This document shows positions 31,506 through 32,000 of a stretch of DNA of 32,000 nt, piece after piece. Within the stretch, counting starts at the first letter, position 1. Every line of letters begins with the position of its first letter. Under the pieces are notes generated by a model. The model was not told the origin of the DNA, searched no databases, and was given only the letters and a program-made list of their open reading frames with translations. Source of the DNA: Candidatus Methylomirabilis oxygeniifera (GTDB lineage Bacteria > Methylomirabilota > Methylomirabilia > Methylomirabilales > Methylomirabilaceae). The DNA is taken from positions 1,290,001 to 1,322,000 of the forward strand of contig FP565575.1 of NCBI GenBank assembly GCA_000091165.1, read 5' to 3'. Both the position numbers and the translations under genes were made by a program.

Positions 31506-32000
31506 TTAGCCAAGCTCTTTCTCGATCGCCAGTGCGATCTCTCGGGCCAGTCGCTCGATTTTCGCCGACTCCTCACCCTCTACCATGATGCGGGCCACCG
31601 GCTCCGTACCGGACAGGCGCACCAGGATCCGTCCTCTGCCTCCCATACTCGTCTCCGCCGATCGAATCGCCTCCTGCACCCGTGGAAGCTCCTCAACGAC
31701 AGCTCTACGTCGGACCGGGGCGTTGATCAATACTTGAGGGTACGAGGTCATACATGCCTTGAGCTCCGAAAGCGGCTTCCCGCACCGCTGCATGGTTGCC
31801 AGCACCTGCAAGGCGGTCACGAGCCCGTCGCCGGTGGTATGATGTTCCAGGAAGATGATATGCCCGGACTGCTCACCCCCCAGCATGTATCGCTCGGCTA
31901 ACATCTTCTCCAACACGTACCGATCGCCTACCGCGGTTCGAACGATCTTGATTCCCGCCTCCTGCATCGCGAGATCCAAACCGATATTGCTCATCACAGT
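31506..32000 (-). CDS. glmM: Phosphoglucosamine mutase, C-terminal ~164 aa (5' part beyond the window edge)
   Basis: The sequence reads MSNIGLDLAM...VGDRYVLEKM...LGGEQSGHIIF...TTGDGLVTALQVL...VRLSGTEPVARIMVEG, which are GlmM domain III/IV blocks. The frame is open to position 32000. Confidence 0.9.
   Translation of the reverse strand, partial: TVMSNIGLDLAMQEAGIKIVRTAVGDRYVLEKMLAERYMLGGEQSGHIIFLEHHTTGDGLVTALQVLATMQRCGKPLSELKACMTSYPQVLINAPVRRRAVVEELPRVQEAIRSAETSMGGRGRILVRLSGTEPVARIMVEGEESAKIERLAREIALAIEKELG

Noticed and set aside
1-32000. I looked for CRISPR arrays, IS or transposase genes, integrases, toxin-antitoxin pairs and known defence-system genes.
   Set aside because: I saw no spaced direct-repeat array. 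I found no ORF with transposase, integrase or nuclease hallmarks on either strand. The only repeats are the leader duplicate and the extragenic palindromes described above.

Overview
This is a 32-kb bacterial chromosomal window of about 60% GC, judged by eye. Every gene I can support (30 CDS and 1 tRNA) lies on the minus strand. The long plus-strand ORFs in the track look like antisense shadows. Organism assignment is not possible from the sequence alone.

Right third (20.5-32 kb), housekeeping genes: glmM (5' end cut by the window edge), pdxJ, acpS, nnr, tsaE, an MFS (UMF1/Atg22-like) transporter, tsaB, rimI, a Trm112-like gene, gltX, greA, tRNA-Gln(CUG) and a long phosphohexomutase.

Middle (7998-19413), an 11-gene co-directional block with tiny gaps or overlaps that reads as an osmoadaptation super-operon:
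- a HAMP histidine kinase
- a MOFRL glycerate kinase
- a stand-alone CheY receiver
- a GT81 glucosyl(mannosyl)-3-phosphoglycerate synthase
- an MPGP/YedP-family phosphatase
- a second GT-A glycosyltransferase
- a TM-helix-repeat (MscS-N-like) membrane protein
- a 4-gene sugar ABC importer

Left (1-7.6 kb): a PAS histidine kinase, a NarL-type regulator and otsB. These are followed by a cation operon made of a 68-aa stump I tentatively assign to the DUF1646 family, a lipoprotein cytochrome c, nhaA and a CaCA Na+/Ca2+ exchanger. At the edge is a lower-GC aldehyde dehydrogenase that is missing from the ORF track because it runs off the window.

The most interesting signal is an ~89-nt structured element present twice (4514-4602 and 20206-20292, minus strand). 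It has a 37-nt identical core, a 10-11 bp hairpin with two compensatory base-pair changes between the copies, a purine-rich linker, a possible antiterminator and a canonical intrinsic terminator. Each copy sits in a 5' leader. One precedes the DUF1646-stump/cyt c/nhaA/CaCA operon and the other precedes a second, His-rich cytochrome c. This looks like a riboswitch or attenuator, possibly related to the Na+/Li+ classes. I cannot assign it to a known family by eye.

Several extragenic palindromic repeats and candidate regulator-binding direct repeats are also recorded.
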